This document shows positions 62,542-64,000 of a DNA stretch of 64,000 nt, in pieces. The DNA is taken from positions 136 through 64,135 of the forward strand of contig JBJBDC010000001.1 of NCBI GenBank assembly GCA_047285535.1, in the 5' to 3' direction. The notes beneath the pieces were generated by a model. It was not told the origin of the DNA. It made no database searches and saw only the letters and a list, made by a program, of their open reading frames with translations. The DNA is from Synechococcus sp. Its GTDB lineage: Bacteria; Cyanobacteriota; Cyanobacteriia; PCC-6307; Cyanobiaceae. How positions within the stretch are numbered: position 1 is the first letter of the stretch; the number at the start of each line of letters is the position of its first letter. Both the position numbers and the translations under genes were made by a program.

Positions 62542-63450
62542 GTGCCCAGGGTCGGACTGATCGTGAATGATGGAAAGTCACTCGCGGTAGAGACAGCTCA
62601 AACCATTCAGCAGCGTCTTGAAGTTGCCGGCCATGAAGTTGTTCGGGCCAGTAGTGCTGGGGGGATGGTTGGTTTTGCTAACCCCGATCAGCATTTGCGC
62701 ATGCTCGGATACAACGCTTGTGTTCCGGATGGATTTGACGACTCAATGGTTCTGGCAATCGTCCTAGGAGGCGATGGCACGGTGCTGTCAGCCGCCCGCC
62801 AAACAGCACCGATTGGGGTGCCGATTTTGACGATCAACACCGGCCATCTGGGCTTTCTTGCCGAGGCTTATCTCAGTGATCTAGATCAGGCCCTGGAGCA
62901 GATCCTCACAGAGCGATGGACGATCGAAGAGCGCGCCAACATGGTGGTGAGTGTGATGCGAGGCGACCAACGGCGCTGGGAAGCCCTGTCTCTCAATGAG
63001 ATGGCTCTTCACCGGGAGCCACTGACCAGCATGTGTCACTTTGAAATTGCGATTGGGCGGCATGCTCCCGTTGATATTTCGGCTGATGGTGTGATTCTCT
63101 CGACACCTACAGGTTCAACCGCCTATGCCCTCAGTGCGGGGGGGCCAGTGATCACACCCGATTGTCCCGTGTTGCAGCTCACTCCGATTGCTGCCCACTC
63201 CCTGGCCTCGCGCGCACTTGTGTTTAGTGACCAGGAGCCTGTCACGGTGTTTCCCGCCACGCCTGAACGGCTGATGATGGTCGTGGACGGCAGTGCCGGT
63301 TGTTATGTCTGGCCCGAGGATCGGGTCTTAATTCGCCGCAGTGACCATCCCGTGCGTTTTGTTCGTCTCGCCGATCATGAGTTTTTTCAAGTGTTGCGCA
63401 ACAAGCTTGGCTGGGGCTTGCCCCATGTGGCCAAGCCGGATCGACCATGA
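62542..63450 (+). CDS. nadK: NAD(+) kinase
   Basis: GGDGTVL, GHLGFL, LNE, DG....[15 protein letters not shown]. Confidence 0.95.
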   Translation: MPRVGLIVNDGKSLAVETAQTIQQRLEVAGHEVVRASSAGGMVGFANPDQHLRMLGYNACVPDGFDDSMVLAIVLGGDGTVLSAARQTAPIGVPILTINTGHLGFLAEAYLSDLDQALEQILTERWTIEERANMVVSVMRGDQRRWEALSLNEMALHREPLTSMCHFEIAIGRHAPVDISADGVILSTPTGSTAYALSAGGPVITPDCPVLQLTPIAAHSLASRALVFSDQEPVTVFPATPERLMMVVDGSAGCYVWPEDRVLIRRSDHPVRFVRLADHEFFQVLRNKLGWGLPHVAKPDRP

Positions 63451-63673
63451 ACAAGGAAAGCTGACCACCGTCTACGCAGATCAGGCCTTCAGGTTCGACC
63501 AGCTCCCGCACGGTAGGCATCGATGGCTAATCCGATTGGCGGAATATGTTCAGCGGTTCTTGAGGCCAGATGCTTGGGGAGAATGGACACACGTGCCTGA
63601 TTGACACCAAGTCTGACTTCGGTTCTTGCCTCATCAACCGCGGTCTTTCCTTCATGACCTTTGATGGATTGAT

Positions 63674-64000
63674 ATGGATGTGTCTCCTCCTCAGCAATTG
63701 CCACTCGAAGCTCAATGGTGCGTCCGTGATGACACCTGCGTGCTTTTAGAAGTGGCCGATGAGCCCCAGGAACAACGCTTGGGGTTGATGCAACGTCCGG
63801 CACTACCACCTCTGAGAGGAATGTGGTTTCCGTTTAAGCCAGCTCGTCCCTTGCGGTTCTGGATGCTCAATACGATTGCACCTCTGGATATGGTCTTCCT
63901 GCACAAGACAAAGGTCATTGCAATCGAGGCAGAGGTGCCAATTTGTCCGGCCTTGCCTTGTCGCGGTTTTGGGCCCATGACTGATGCAGATGGCGTGATT
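63674..64000 (+). CDS. DUF192-family protein, 3'-truncated by the window end
   Basis: Own translation: LEVADEPQEQRLGLMQRPALPPLRGMWFPF...FWMLNTIAPLDMVF. Confidence 0.85.
   Translation, partial: MDVSPPQQLPLEAQWCVRDDTCVLLEVADEPQEQRLGLMQRPALPPLRGMWFPFKPARPLRFWMLNTIAPLDMVFLHKTKVIAIEAEVPICPALPCRGFGPMTDADGVI

Noticed and set aside
63341..63978. ORFs 63341..63604, 63489..63809, 63527..63715 and 63712..63978
   Set aside because: They overlap nadK or the DUF192 gene, or lack motifs.

Overview
This is a chromosomal segment of a marine picocyanobacterium, most likely Synechococcus. The inference rests on gene content and order (sodN/sodX, a CpcS/CpeS-type lyase, ARC6/Ftn2, DUF1651, DUF3611, a group-2 sigma factor). 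Bases 1 to about 16800 are the right end of an AT-richer genomic island that abuts the 3' end of tRNA-Leu(CAA). The island encodes: (i) a 5'-truncated acidic protein with a Glu/Ala/Pro repeat, a cohesin-like domain and a C-terminal dockerin-type duplicated Ca-binding motif; (ii) a 2094-aa protein with cadherin-like (CADG/He_PIG) repeats, two cohesin-like domains apparently inserted inside such repeats, and a choice-of-anchor-U-like domain; (iii) a PpiC-HlyB-HlyD type I secretion module; (iv) an atypical OmpR-family regulator and an AraC regulator. Together these look like a T1SS-linked, non-cellulosomal cohesin-dockerin surface scaffold, the best candidate here for an undescribed system. The rest is mostly core genome (murA, two tRNA-Leu, lpdA, trpC, Ni-SOD cluster, lnt, mnmA, pdhA, ffh, rpsP, era, trmD, ispF, thiS/thiE, ribF, surE, pheS, nadK). 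It is interrupted by small islets: an ABC-2 exporter, a candidate sRNA, a sugar porter, small ORFs, and an ABC1 kinase with an FAD oxidoreductase. All domain calls come from motif recognition by eye; no database search was run.
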